The notes: generated by a model not told the origin, from the letters alone. Numbered from the stretch's first letter, positions 16,794 through 26,143 are shown. The stretch: 50,115 nt of DNA from Phycisphaerales bacterium (GCA_011057845.1 DSDB01000614.1:1-50115); one strand, 5' to 3'. Numbers and translations are program-made.

Positions 16794-17357
16794 ATGGAAA
16801 CGACGGCTGCAGTGACGGTTGACGGGGAAGTTGGGCCGGTTTGCCTGCTCGATGACTATTGCCTGGAGTTCCGAAGCAGCAGGCGGGCCGCGGACGAGAC
16901 GGCCAGGATGAGGGGAGAGCTCGAACATCGGGCGGCCGCATTCGAAGAGGCCGTCCGCGGGCTCGATGCCGTCACGGCTGAATTGCGCCGTTATCAGGAA
17001 GGCGTCTTTGCGGCGCACCGCAGGGAGATTGCGAGACTCTCGGTGGAGATCGCCCGGCGTGTGTTGTCGCAGCAGGTCGGCGAGGGCGACTACAAGATTG
17101 AGGCGATCATCGCCGAGGCGGTCGGCCATTTGTCCGGGGCCCGCGATATGGTCGTCTACGTCAACCCGGAGGACCTGGCCGCATGCAGAAAGGCGTTTGC
17201 CGAGGGTGAATCGGACTTGCCGCCGGGACTGCGGTTCGTAGCCGATGGTCAATTGGGCCGGGCCGAGTGCCGGGTCGAAAGTGAGAAAGGCAGGGTCGAG
17301 TCGCTGATTGAGTCGCATCTGGAGCAGATTGCCAAGGCCTTGACGCAGGCTGAATAA
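16794..17357 (+). CDS. fliH: Flagellar export ATPase regulator FliH (start moved to ATG 16794; track ORF begins at 16707 inside fliG)
   Basis: Position between fliG and fliI. Coiled-coil N-terminus and C-terminal FliH-type domain (VVYVNPEDLA...GRAECRVESEKGRVESLIESHLEQI). Confidence 0.75.
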   Translation: METTAAVTVDGEVGPVCLLDDYCLEFRSSRRAADETARMRGELEHRAAAFEEAVRGLDAVTAELRRYQEGVFAAHRREIARLSVEIARRVLSQQVGEGDYKIEAIIAEAVGHLSGARDMVVYVNPEDLAACRKAFAEGESDLPPGLRFVADGQLGRAECRVESEKGRVESLIESHLEQIAKALTQAE

Positions 17358-17359
17358 CC

Positions 17360-18796
17360 ATGGGAACCACGGGCACAACAAACACGGTAAGGGCCAATAG
17401 CGCGACAAAGGCCGTCGACGGCGCCGACCTGGTCGGCGCGAACGGCCAGACCGTGATTGACTTCGATAAGTTCCATTCAGCGCTTCGATCCGTCAATCTG
17501 ATGAACTTCCGCGGGGCCGTTGTCCGCGTGGCCGGACTGACGGTCGAGTCCACCGGGCCCAGGGTGGGGCTGGGTGAACTATGCGGCATTGAGATGAGCG
17601 ATGGGCGCCGCGTACTGGCGGAGGTGGTGGGTTTCAACGAGGACAGGTTGATTCTGCTGCCCCTCGAGCACGTCGAGGGAATCGGACCCGGCGACATGGT
17701 GAGCGCCCGCACGACACCCCGATTCATCAGGCTTGGGCGGAGCATTCTGGGCAGGGCGATCAACGGGCTGGGCGAACCCATCGACAACAAAGGGCCGCTC
17801 GACGGCGATGAGAACCGTGCCCTCGACGGTGCCAGCCCCCCGCCTTTGAGCCGCGAGCGGATATCGCGTCCGCTGCCGCTGGGTATTCGGTCCATTGACG
17901 GGCTGCTTACGCTGGGCAAGGGCCAGCGGGTTGGGATATTCGCCGGCAGCGGCGTCGGCAAGAGCGTGCTGCTGGGTGATATCGCCAACTCGAGCGAGGC
18001 GTCGGTGAATGTCGTGGCGCTGATCGGCGAGCGGGGGCGCGAGGTCCGCGAGTTCCTGGAGAATGACCTCGGATCCAAAGGACTCAGGCGAAGCGTTGTG
18101 GTCGTGGCGGCGTCCGATGCGCCGCCGATCCAGCGCGTCAAGGCGGCCTTTGTCGCGGTGACCATCGCGGAATATTTCCGTGATAAGGGGGAGGATGTAC
18201 TGTTCATGATGGACTCTCTAACACGGCTCGCACAGGCGCAGCGGGAGATCGGGCTGGCCGCGGGTGAGCCGCCGGCCGCCAAGGGGTATTGCCCGAGCGT
18301 GTTCGCGTTGCTGCCGAGGCTCGTCGAGCGTCTGGGTTGTGCCCGTCAGGGCAGCATCACCGGAATACTGACGGTCCTGGTGGAAAGCGACGACCTGAAC
18401 GACCCGGTCGCGGACAGCGCCCGGAGTCTTCTGGACGGCCATATCGTGCTGTCGCGGGAACTGGCCCATCGCGGGCACTACCCGGCGGTGGACGTTCTCG
18501 GCAGCATCAGCCGTCTGATGACGGCTGTGGTCTCGCCGGAGCATCGCACGGCCGCACAGAAACTCAGAGATATCTACGCTACCTACATCAACGCCGAGGA
18601 CCTTATCAATATCGGCGCTTTTGCCCCCGGCAGCAATCGCCGCATCGACGGCGCCATCGCCTTGATCGACCGAGTCACAGGATTCCTGGCGCAACCCATT
18701 CGGCAACGGACGCCCTTCCATGAGACGGTTCGAATGCTGACCGGCATCACCACATCCTGGGATGAACTGCTGGGCACAGGGGTAAAGGGCCGTTGA
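17360..18796 (+). CDS. fliI: Flagellar type III export ATPase FliI
   Basis: 478 aa. Walker A GSGVGKSVLLG, Walker B VLFMMDSLTR, and the F1-beta-like motif GSITGILTVLVESDD. Confidence 0.95.
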   Translation: MGTTGTTNTVRANSATKAVDGADLVGANGQTVIDFDKFHSALRSVNLMNFRGAVVRVAGLTVESTGPRVGLGELCGIEMSDGRRVLAEVVGFNEDRLILLPLEHVEGIGPGDMVSARTTPRFIRLGRSILGRAINGLGEPIDNKGPLDGDENRALDGASPPPLSRERISRPLPLGIRSIDGLLTLGKGQRVGIFAGSGVGKSVLLGDIANSSEASVNVVALIGERGREVREFLENDLGSKGLRRSVVVVAASDAPPIQRVKAAFVAVTIAEYFRDKGEDVLFMMDSLTRLAQAQREIGLAAGEPPAAKGYCPSVFALLPRLVERLGCARQGSITGILTVLVESDDLNDPVADSARSLLDGHIVLSRELAHRGHYPAVDVLGSISRLMTAVVSPEHRTAAQKLRDIYATYINAEDLINIGAFAPGSNRRIDGAIALIDRVTGFLAQPIRQRTPFHETVRMLTGITTSWDELLGTGVKGR

Positions 18797-18812
18797 CCGG
18801 CCGTAACAAAAT

Positions 18813-19274
18813 ATGAAGAAGTTTGCGTGGCGACTGCAGCGGGTTCTGGATGTCAGAATCCGGCAGGAACAGGCCAAGAAGGCCGAATTACTGGCCGTTA
18901 CAGAGAAGTTGACACAGCGGCGCAGCGAACTGCTGACGCAGCGGCGGATTCTCGCCGAGCTAATAGAAGAACTCCATGCCGAAGACGCCGCGCGGCGATT
19001 GAGTCGGCAGGCGCTCTTCCTGCGGGCCTCGCAGACGAACAATGCGTTGATACGGCGTCTCGAGACCGAAATTGAGCAGTTGGCCGTCGAAAAACAACTG
19101 AAGATTGCGGAAGTCGTCAAACTCAGGCGATTCCGCGAGGGTCTCGAGAAATTGCGCGAAGAGGCCCGTATCGAGTTTGTCGGAGAACAAGAACGACTGG
19201 AACAAAAGGAAATGGATGAACGCACAACGATGCGTTTCGCGCGTGAGATTCTCGGCGGCCGGGCCTCCCCGTGA
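18813..19274 (+). CDS. fliJ: Flagellar export protein FliJ
   Basis: 153-aa coiled-coil protein directly after fliI. FAWRLQRVLDVR N-terminus is typical of FliJ. Confidence 0.75.
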   Translation: MKKFAWRLQRVLDVRIRQEQAKKAELLAVTEKLTQRRSELLTQRRILAELIEELHAEDAARRLSRQALFLRASQTNNALIRRLETEIEQLAVEKQLKIAEVVKLRRFREGLEKLREEARIEFVGEQERLEQKEMDERTTMRFAREILGGRASP

Positions 19275-19357
19275 CGGTCATACCCCGCGGCGGAGAATCG
19301 ACGCCGGACGCCTCCGGTGTCCGTTACGACGACGGGCTGGTCTATGGAGATAGAACC

Positions 19358-20044
19358 GTGAATAAGAAGATGATAGTGATGACGGCCGCAGCGGCCCTGT
19401 TGAGCTTCGCCGGGACTTTTGTGGCCGGTTGGCTGACGGGCGGACCCGGGCCGGCGGCGGCGAGAGCCTCCGTTGACGCCAATACGCCGGACGAGGGAAT
19501 CATCACGCCCAATGAACCCCTGGCCAACGATCTGCTGGCCACGGTGGCGGGCGTCGACGGCAACGGCCTGCTGGAGAAGAAACTCAAGAACCTCGTCTTC
19601 GAGGTCCGGGAACGAATTCAGGACCTTGAGGCAAGGAAGCAGGAGCTGGACCTTCGCGAACAGCGAATCCAATCGGCGCAGGAGACTCTGGATGCCGACG
19701 CCTCCGAACTGGCCAAGCTCCGCGTGGAGGTCGCCGCGACGGTCGCTACGCTCCGGAGCGAGCGAGAGAAGCTCGCCCAGAGCCGCGTGGCCGTCTCCAA
19801 GCAGGAGAAGGCCAACCTGATGACGATAGCGGCGACATACGACAAGATGGATCCGGCCGGGGCCGCCGCCATCTTCTCGAGCATGACCAAGAACCAGGCC
19901 GGCTCTCCCACCGATGCGGTGAAGATTCTCTACTATATGACGGAACGAACCAAAGGCAAGGTGCTGGGCGAACTGGCCGGCACCGAGCCACAACTGGCGG
20001 CCTATTTCAGCCAGAGGCTCAAACAGGTCAGTGAGACGCAATAG
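19358..20044 (+). CDS. YlxF/MotE-like flagellar operon protein (TM anchor + coiled coil + MgtE-N-like C-terminal domain)
   Basis: Track ORF 19271..20044. GTG at 19358 has GGAGA 9 nt upstream. TM segment IVMTAAAALLSFAGTFVAGWL, a coiled coil, then AATYDKMDPAGAAAIFSSM...AVKILYYMTERTKGKVLGEL. Same position (after fliJ) as B. subtilis ylxF. Confidence 0.6.
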   Translation: MNKKMIVMTAAAALLSFAGTFVAGWLTGGPGPAAARASVDANTPDEGIITPNEPLANDLLATVAGVDGNGLLEKKLKNLVFEVRERIQDLEARKQELDLREQRIQSAQETLDADASELAKLRVEVAATVATLRSEREKLAQSRVAVSKQEKANLMTIAATYDKMDPAGAAAIFSSMTKNQAGSPTDAVKILYYMTERTKGKVLGELAGTEPQLAAYFSQRLKQVSETQ

Positions 20045-20046
20045 CC

Positions 20047-20820
20047 ATGGACATTGCAACGATTATCGGGACACTCCTGGGCTTTTGTCTGATTGTCGGC
20101 TCGATTCTGGCCGGCGGGACAGGCATAGGCATATTCGTCAACATACCATCGCTGGCCGTCACCATTGGAGGCATGGTGTGCTCCACGCTGATCCATTTCT
20201 CTCTGCCGCAGTTCCTCAGCGTCTTCTCGATCATAAAGAAGACCATCGTGACAAAGGTTCCTTCATCGAACGAGTTGATTCAGAAGATGGTGAATTTCGC
20301 CGCGATCAACCGCCGCGACGGGGCCTTGGCGCTGGAGCAGGAGATCCGCAATATCCAGGACCCATTCTTTGTGAGGGGCCTTCAGATGCTGGTGGACGGC
20401 CAGGATGTCGATAACATCCGGGATTTGATGGAGCTGGAGATTCAGTACCTGCAGGAGCGGCACGGAACGGGCAAGAAGATCCTGGATTTCATGGGCGCCG
20501 CGGCCCCGGCGTTCGGCATGATCGGGACGCTGATCGGCCTGGTGCAGATGCTCTCGAACATGAGCGACCCCAGCGGCATTGGCCAGGGCATGGCCGTAGC
20601 CCTGCTGACGACCTTCTATGGGGCGTTCGCAGCCAACCTGCTGTTTATCCCCATGGCGGGCAAGTTGAGCATCTACTCGGCCGCCGAACGGACATGTATG
20701 GAGATGATCACCGAGGGCATTTGTGCCATCGCCCAGGGCGATAACCCGACCACCGTGCGGGAGCGTTTGCAGACATTCGTATCCAAGGGCCGCAGAGAAG
20801 AAGTCAAGGCGACCATCTGA
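20047..20820 (+). CDS. motA: Stator protein MotA/PomA family
   Basis: 257 aa with four TM segments. AAPAFGMIGTLIGLVQML and ALLTTFYGAFAANLLFIPMAGKL are MotA/ExbB/TolQ hallmarks. Confidence 0.9.
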   Translation: MDIATIIGTLLGFCLIVGSILAGGTGIGIFVNIPSLAVTIGGMVCSTLIHFSLPQFLSVFSIIKKTIVTKVPSSNELIQKMVNFAAINRRDGALALEQEIRNIQDPFFVRGLQMLVDGQDVDNIRDLMELEIQYLQERHGTGKKILDFMGAAAPAFGMIGTLIGLVQMLSNMSDPSGIGQGMAVALLTTFYGAFAANLLFIPMAGKLSIYSAAERTCMEMITEGICAIAQGDNPTTVRERLQTFVSKGRREEVKATI

Positions 20821-21497
20821 TGCCTAGAAGACAGCCTCGACGGGAAGAACCGCCCACTGGAGCCCCTGAATGGATGGTCACGTTCAGTGACTGCATGACG
20901 CTCCTGTTGACGTTCTTCGTCCTGCTGCTGAGCTTCTCGGCATTCGATGAGTCGATCTTCGCGAAATTGCGGGTCATCTACTCTAGGGGTCTCAACAGCA
21001 TCACGCCGTTGCGGCTGAGCGAGAGCGAGACGTTTCTCTACATGCTCGACCTGACCCGCAGCAACGATCTGGAGAAGGGCAGTGAGAAGCCCACGCTCGA
21101 CCGTGGAACGGAAAACCAGTCGAAGCGGGAAACCGAACCGCCCGACTTTCACACTCGCAAGGTCTTCCTGATCTCCTCCGAGCGGATATTCATCGGCCAG
21201 GGAACTGTCCTGACATTGAACGGGCGGCGTCTGCTCTCGGAAATGGGCGACTTCATCGCCGAGATTCAGCCGCGGGTCGTCATCAGCGAGAACGGCCCGA
21301 AAGGCGGCGGGGACCTGGGCTTGCGCCGTGCGTGGACGATCCTGGACTACTTTGCGAATAAGAAGAATCTGGACAGCAAGCATTTCAGTATCGCCGCGGA
21401 GAGCACCGCGCCGCACATTACGATGCAGGGCCGGAGGAATCAACAGGATCATCGCAAACTGGAAATCATTTTTCTTGAGAGAAATCTCTACCGTTGA
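20820..21497 (+). CDS. motB: MotB-like stator protein, paralog 1
   Basis: APEWMVTFSDCMTLLLTFFVLLL (channel Asp + TM). Divergent OmpA-like C-terminal domain (DLGLRRAWTILDYF). The start codon overlaps the motA stop (TGATG). Confidence 0.75.
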   Translation: MPRRQPRREEPPTGAPEWMVTFSDCMTLLLTFFVLLLSFSAFDESIFAKLRVIYSRGLNSITPLRLSESETFLYMLDLTRSNDLEKGSEKPTLDRGTENQSKRETEPPDFHTRKVFLISSERIFIGQGTVLTLNGRRLLSEMGDFIAEIQPRVVISENGPKGGGDLGLRRAWTILDYFANKKNLDSKHFSIAAESTAPHITMQGRRNQQDHRKLEIIFLERNLYR

Positions 21498-22237
21498 TCA
21501 GGTTCAAGGCCAACTCGAGCGACGCCAAACCGCCGGTCCCGGCGTATATCGTCACGTTCTCGGACATGGTGACGCTGCTGCTGACGTTCTTTGTCATGCT
21601 GCTGAGCCTGGCCCAGGAACAGCGGGCGGAGTTGTTCAACCAGGGGCGGCAGGCTTTCGTGGAGTATATCCGATACTGGGGCATTGGGACGCTGTTCGGC
21701 CGCAAAAACTCACCGGACTTTGGCAATGTGCAGGTGCGGTATTTCATCAAGGATCCGGACAAGAGTTTTGACGCCCGCAGTGTCGACGCCAGAGAGGAAG
21801 ACATCCGCCGACTATTTAAGCGTGTGGCGGCGGAAATGGAGGCGATTCCATCGCAAATCACTGGCGCCAAGACGGACTTCTCGGTGGCCGCCGTGCGATT
21901 CCAGGGCGACGGCGCCGAGTTGAACGATGAGGGAAAGACCTTTCTGCGGCAATATGTGCAGGACCTGCGCGCCGGCGGCGACTACGGCGACGTGAAGCTC
22001 TATGTACTGGGGCTGGCATCCGAGCAGCGAGGGGGCGCCGCGCAATGGATCACCAGTGCCCGACGTGCGCAGGCAGTGGCTGAGTATCTGCGGACCCTCA
22101 TACCCCAAGCCAACAACTGGCCGGTCTATTCCTGGGGAGCCGGGCCGGGCGGGGCATGGGTCGATGAGGACAGCCCCGCCTCCCAGCAGTCGCAGGTCGT
22201 CATCGGTGTTGTGCGAGGAGCCAACGACGACCGCTGA
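21494..22237 (+). CDS. motB: MotB-like stator protein, paralog 2
   Basis: VPAYIVTFSDMVTLLLTFFVMLL (channel Asp + TM). OmpA-like C-terminal domain (LYVLGLASEQ...WITSARRAQAVAEYL). The TTG start overlaps the stop of paralog 1 (TTGA). Confidence 0.75.
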   Translation: MIRFKANSSDAKPPVPAYIVTFSDMVTLLLTFFVMLLSLAQEQRAELFNQGRQAFVEYIRYWGIGTLFGRKNSPDFGNVQVRYFIKDPDKSFDARSVDAREEDIRRLFKRVAAEMEAIPSQITGAKTDFSVAAVRFQGDGAELNDEGKTFLRQYVQDLRAGGDYGDVKLYVLGLASEQRGGAAQWITSARRAQAVAEYLRTLIPQANNWPVYSWGAGPGGAWVDEDSPASQQSQVVIGVVRGANDDR

Positions 22238-22401
22238 CACGGGCCCGGCCGCAACGAACTGTCTTCGTGCATGGCCACGGCGTGTCCGGCCGCAGCGGCC
22301 CGGTCTGGAGTGGTGTCGGAGTTTCTTACAGACTGTCGGATTAAGCGATCACGCTCTTCTTGCCAGCAGGATTTGCGGGGCCCCAGGCCCGGTCCCGCGG
22401 C

Positions 22402-22417
22402 TGGCACGCCAATTGCA
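22402..22417 (+). promoter_or_regulatory. sigma54 promoter of the fliOPQR-flhB operon
   Basis: TGGCACGCCAATTGCA is a full match to TGGCACG-N4-TTGCA, 41 nt upstream of the fliO ATG. It is followed by the hairpin CAGCCCC-N10-GGGGCTG (22417-22440). Confidence 0.8.
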
Positions 22418-22457
22418 GCCCCATTAGCCCAAGGGGCTGCGTGCGCCCGTATAGCCT

Positions 22458-23000
22458 ATGAAAGCCTTGATGAACATGCTGTTAGTCGTCGTGGTGTTTG
22501 CCGTCGGACCCGGCCGCTTATGCCGCGGGGCGTCCGCAAGCGATGCGAACATACCCAATCCGTTTGCCGCGCAGCCGAATGACCTGCAGAGTGAGGGAGC
22601 TCCCTCGACAGCCGACGCAAATGGACTTCAAGGGGCCCTGGGCGGCGGCGACGGGTTCTTTGTCGCGGACCCCAATCTGACAATCGGCGGCAGCCAGGGC
22701 ATGGGAACCAGCGAGTTGTTCTATCGGGCCATGTTCGCCGTAATGCTGGTTATTGTCCTAGGCGGCGTGGCGATGTATGTATCCAAGCGGTGTCTGCCGA
22801 GGCTGGCGAGACTCTCAGGCAAGCAGATTCAGGTCGTCGAGACTATCTACCTGGGGCAGCACAAGTCGCTGCACCTGGTCAACGTGGAGGGCCACAAGTT
22901 CCTGCTCGGCGGCACCGCCGAGCGAATCACCAAACTGGCGGATCTCGACGGCTTCAACGGGCCGTTTGATCTGACAGGCGAGGATTGTGAAGTCCAATGA
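22458..23000 (+). CDS. fliO: Flagellar export apparatus protein FliO
   Basis: 180 aa. One TM segment (FAVMLVIVLGGVAMYV), followed by IQVVETIYLGQHKSLHLVNVEGHKFLLGGTAERITKLADL (FliO family pattern). ATGA overlap with fliP. Confidence 0.7.
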   Translation: MKALMNMLLVVVVFAVGPGRLCRGASASDANIPNPFAAQPNDLQSEGAPSTADANGLQGALGGGDGFFVADPNLTIGGSQGMGTSELFYRAMFAVMLVIVLGGVAMYVSKRCLPRLARLSGKQIQVVETIYLGQHKSLHLVNVEGHKFLLGGTAERITKLADLDGFNGPFDLTGEDCEVQ

Positions 23001-23875
23001 GAAAGGCGATATGGAATTGGCTGCCGGCATGGGTGCTCGGGCTCGCGGCATTATCGACGGTCGCGACCGCGGCCAACGGCCGAAATGCGAGTGTCGCCGA
23101 TGAAGCCTTTCGCCGCGCCGTCGCCTCGATGGGCGTCGACGCCCCACAAATGCCGACGGCCAACAAACCGAACGCCAACGCCGTTCCCAGCATCGGCGAA
23201 TTCATGACGGTCGTCGATAAGGCCGCCAACGATGCGAGCCAGGGGCAGGATTGGTCCACGCCCATCAAGCTCGTCGTCATCTTCACCGGGTTGGCGATCC
23301 TGCCGAGCCTGCTGGTGATGACGACCTCTTTTACGCGGATCGTGATTGTGTTGTCGTTTGTCCGGCGGGCCTTGAGTACGCAATCCATCCCCCCCACGAT
23401 CGCCATCATGGGACTGGCACTGTTCCTTACCATCTATACGATGTCGCCCACGCTCTCGAAGATCAACACCACCACGATCCAGCCCTATCTCGCTGAGACT
23501 ATCACCTTCGACGTGGCGGTCAATCAAACGGCCGCCTGCATGAAGGAATTCATGCTCAAACAGTGCCGCAAAACGGACCTCGGCGTCTTTCTCCAGATTG
23601 CCAAAGTCGACCCGCCCGCAAACCCCATGGAGGCTGGGATGCACATCGTCATTCCGGCCTTCATCATCAGCGAGTTCCGCACGGCGTTCGAGATCGGATG
23701 CTTGTTGTTTATCCCGTTTCTTCTTGTGGACATGGTCATCGCCAGCGTGCTGCTCAGCGCCGGGATGATGATGCTTCCACCGGTGATGATCTCGCTGCCG
23801 TTCAAACTCATTCTATTCATCCTGGTGGATGGCTGGGGTCTTCTGGCGAAGAGTCTGAGCATGGGGTTCAACTGA
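22997..23875 (+). CDS. fliP: Flagellar export gate protein FliP
   Basis: 292 aa. LPSLLVMTTSFTRIVIVLSFVRRALSTQSIPP and PAFIISEFRTAFEIGCLLFIPFLLVDMVIASVL. Long signal/N-terminal extension. Confidence 0.95.
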   Translation: MRKAIWNWLPAWVLGLAALSTVATAANGRNASVADEAFRRAVASMGVDAPQMPTANKPNANAVPSIGEFMTVVDKAANDASQGQDWSTPIKLVVIFTGLAILPSLLVMTTSFTRIVIVLSFVRRALSTQSIPPTIAIMGLALFLTIYTMSPTLSKINTTTIQPYLAETITFDVAVNQTAACMKEFMLKQCRKTDLGVFLQIAKVDPPANPMEAGMHIVIPAFIISEFRTAFEIGCLLFIPFLLVDMVIASVLLSAGMMMLPPVMISLPFKLILFILVDGWGLLAKSLSMGFN

Positions 23876-23944
23876 CAAGTCAACGCAGCGCCGCGCGCCG
23901 CGCCATGCGGCGGGGACCCGGCCGATGGGTTTGGAGTGCTTCTG

Positions 23945-24214
23945 ATGGACGGCAGCTTCATCATGTTTCTGGGACGCCATACGCTCGAGACTACATTGCT
24001 TGTGTCGGCCCCGATACTTCTGACGTGCATGATCGTCGGCGTGGCGATCACCCTGTTGCAGGCGGTTACCTCGATCCGCGACATGACGCTCACCATCGTG
24101 CCCAAATTGCTCGCGGTCGGTGCTGTGACCTTGCTGTTCGGCGGATGGATGCTTCAGGTGGTGCTGCGGTTCTTCCATGAGATATTCGGCTATATTCAGA
24201 ACATCGGACACTAA
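23945..24214 (+). CDS. fliQ: Flagellar export gate protein FliQ (89 aa from ATG 23945; track ORF starts at 23936)
   Basis: LLVSAPILLTCMIVGVAITLLQAVTSIRDMTLTIVPKLLAV matches the FliQ pattern. Confidence 0.9.
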   Translation: MDGSFIMFLGRHTLETTLLVSAPILLTCMIVGVAITLLQAVTSIRDMTLTIVPKLLAVGAVTLLFGGWMLQVVLRFFHEIFGYIQNIGH

Positions 24215-24265
24215 TGCCGCGGGCCGTACACCGTCCGGCGAGGTCCCGCGTCGCATGGTGCGGTC

Positions 24266-25021
24266 GTGATGGATATGCTGTCGTCCAAACTGTTGGTCTT
24301 CGCCATGGTGCTGACGCGCGTCTCGGCGTTCTTCCTGGTAACCCCGGTGTTCAGTTGGACCAGTATCCCGGTCCGCATCAAGGTGGCGATGACGGTTGTG
24401 CTGAGTTTCTTCTTCGCCATGGTTCTGCCGCACCGGGTGGTGATCCGGTCGGTTGACCCGCTGTCGGTCGTGGTCCTGCTGAGCTACGAATCGGTCTACG
24501 GCCTTGGGCTGGGACTGATTACGGTGCTGGTGTTCACGGCGGTGCGGTTCTTTGGACAGATCGTCGAACAGCAGATGGGCCTGACAATGTCGGAGGTGCT
24601 CGACCCGCTGATGGGCGAAGGGGCCCAGGCCCTCGGACTGATGATCGAGATGGTCTTCATCATGCTGTTTCTGGCCGCCAACGGACATCATCTGTTCCTG
24701 CTCGTGGTGTCCCGCAGCTACGAGGCCTTCCCCGCCGGTTCGGTTCCGACGGTGGGAGTGCTCCTAGAGGGGATCATCGCGGGTGGATCAGTCCTGCTGA
24801 CGGCGGGGCTGCGGCTGGCGGCGCCGATTCTGACGGCGTTCATGGTCCTGATGGTGACGCTGGCCGTGCTGGCGAGGATCGCCCCGGAAATGAACATCCT
24901 GTTCATCAGTATGCCGATGCGCATCGGACTGGGGCTGCTGATGGTGGGGGCGTTCATCCCCTTTGTCGAAGGTTATGTCGGCGAGTTCGCTGAATGGATG
25001 GGCAAGCTGTTGCCCTTGTGA
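24266..25021 (+). CDS. fliR: Flagellar export gate protein FliR
   Basis: 251 aa polytopic membrane protein following fliQ. VLTRVSAFFLVTPVFS N-terminus is typical of FliR. Confidence 0.9.
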   Translation: MMDMLSSKLLVFAMVLTRVSAFFLVTPVFSWTSIPVRIKVAMTVVLSFFFAMVLPHRVVIRSVDPLSVVVLLSYESVYGLGLGLITVLVFTAVRFFGQIVEQQMGLTMSEVLDPLMGEGAQALGLMIEMVFIMLFLAANGHHLFLLVVSRSYEAFPAGSVPTVGVLLEGIIAGGSVLLTAGLRLAAPILTAFMVLMVTLAVLARIAPEMNILFISMPMRIGLGLLMVGAFIPFVEGYVGEFAEWMGKLLPL

Positions 25022-25063
25022 TACGCGCGGAAAACAGGAAGCGTATAGCAGCCTGGGCATACT

Positions 25064-26143
25064 ATGGCGGAAAAGGACTCAGCCGAGCGGACGGAACAAC
25101 CGACTCCGCGACGGTTAGGCAAGGCGAAAGAGAAGGGCCAGGTCCCTCAAAGTGAGGAGTTGACGTCCTTTGTGGCGATCTCGATCCTGGCGGCGATGAC
25201 GGCGTTCTCCTGGCCGAGTCTGATGCGATGGTTCCGCGAGACCATGCGGCAGGGACTGACGCGCGGCACAGGTGTATTCTCGACGACGGATACATTCGTA
25301 ACCTTTGTCAACGAAAGCCTCACCGACATGCTGGTCGTGATGCTGCCTACGCTGGCGGCGCTCTGTATCGGCGGGGTGGCCGCGTCCATTATTGTCGGCG
25401 GCGGCTTCAACTTCGCGCCGGGGGCCGTGCGTTTCGATCTGGAGATGCTCAACCCCGCCAGCGGTATCGGCAGGCTCTTCAATGGCCGTAACCTTGTCAA
25501 GCTGGGCCTGAGCATTGTGAAGCTGCTCTTTGTCGGCCTGATCGTCTGGGTCTACCTGTCGAAGAAGCTGGAGTACCTTGCGTCTCTGCGCTGGGTGTGG
25601 ACCTCTCAGCTTCTGGGCGCCATGGGCCACGTTCTGCTGGGGCTGGTCGTCCGGATGTGCCTGGCGCTGCTGGTGGTGGGGATCGTCGACACGGCGTACC
25701 AAAAGTGGAAGTGGATGAAAGACCTGAAGATGACCAAGCAGGAGGTCAAGGAGGAACGCAAACAGACCGAAGGCGCACCTGAGACGCGAAGCCGCATCCG
25801 CAAGATACAGATCGAGGGCGCGCTTCGGCGTATGCGGCAGGAAGTGCCCAAGGCCAGCGTCGTCCTGGTCAACCCCACCCACTATGCGGTGGCCCTGAAA
25901 TATGATGCCAAGCGGATGGAGGCGCCGATGGTCGTGGCCAAGGGCGCCGATGAAGTTGCTTTCAAGATCATGGAGATCGCACGGGCCTATGGTGTGCCCA
26001 TCGTGCGGCGGCCGGAACTGGCGCGAACGCTGTTCGCCGCCGTCAAGTGCGGCCAATTTATTCCGGACAGTCTGTTTGTCGCCGTAGCCGAGGTGCTCGC
26101 CCTGATCTACCGACTGCGGCAGAGGCGTCTGCGCCGCCGTTGA
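25064..26143 (+). CDS. flhB: Flagellar export switch protein FlhB
   Basis: 359 aa. N-terminal EQPTPRRLGKAKEKGQVPQSEEL. NPTH autocleavage site (VLVNPTHYAVALKY). C-terminal VPIVRRPELARTLF. Confidence 0.95.
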   Translation: MAEKDSAERTEQPTPRRLGKAKEKGQVPQSEELTSFVAISILAAMTAFSWPSLMRWFRETMRQGLTRGTGVFSTTDTFVTFVNESLTDMLVVMLPTLAALCIGGVAASIIVGGGFNFAPGAVRFDLEMLNPASGIGRLFNGRNLVKLGLSIVKLLFVGLIVWVYLSKKLEYLASLRWVWTSQLLGAMGHVLLGLVVRMCLALLVVGIVDTAYQKWKWMKDLKMTKQEVKEERKQTEGAPETRSRIRKIQIEGALRRMRQEVPKASVVLVNPTHYAVALKYDAKRMEAPMVVAKGADEVAFKIMEIARAYGVPIVRRPELARTLFAAVKCGQFIPDSLFVAVAEVLALIYRLRQRRLRRR

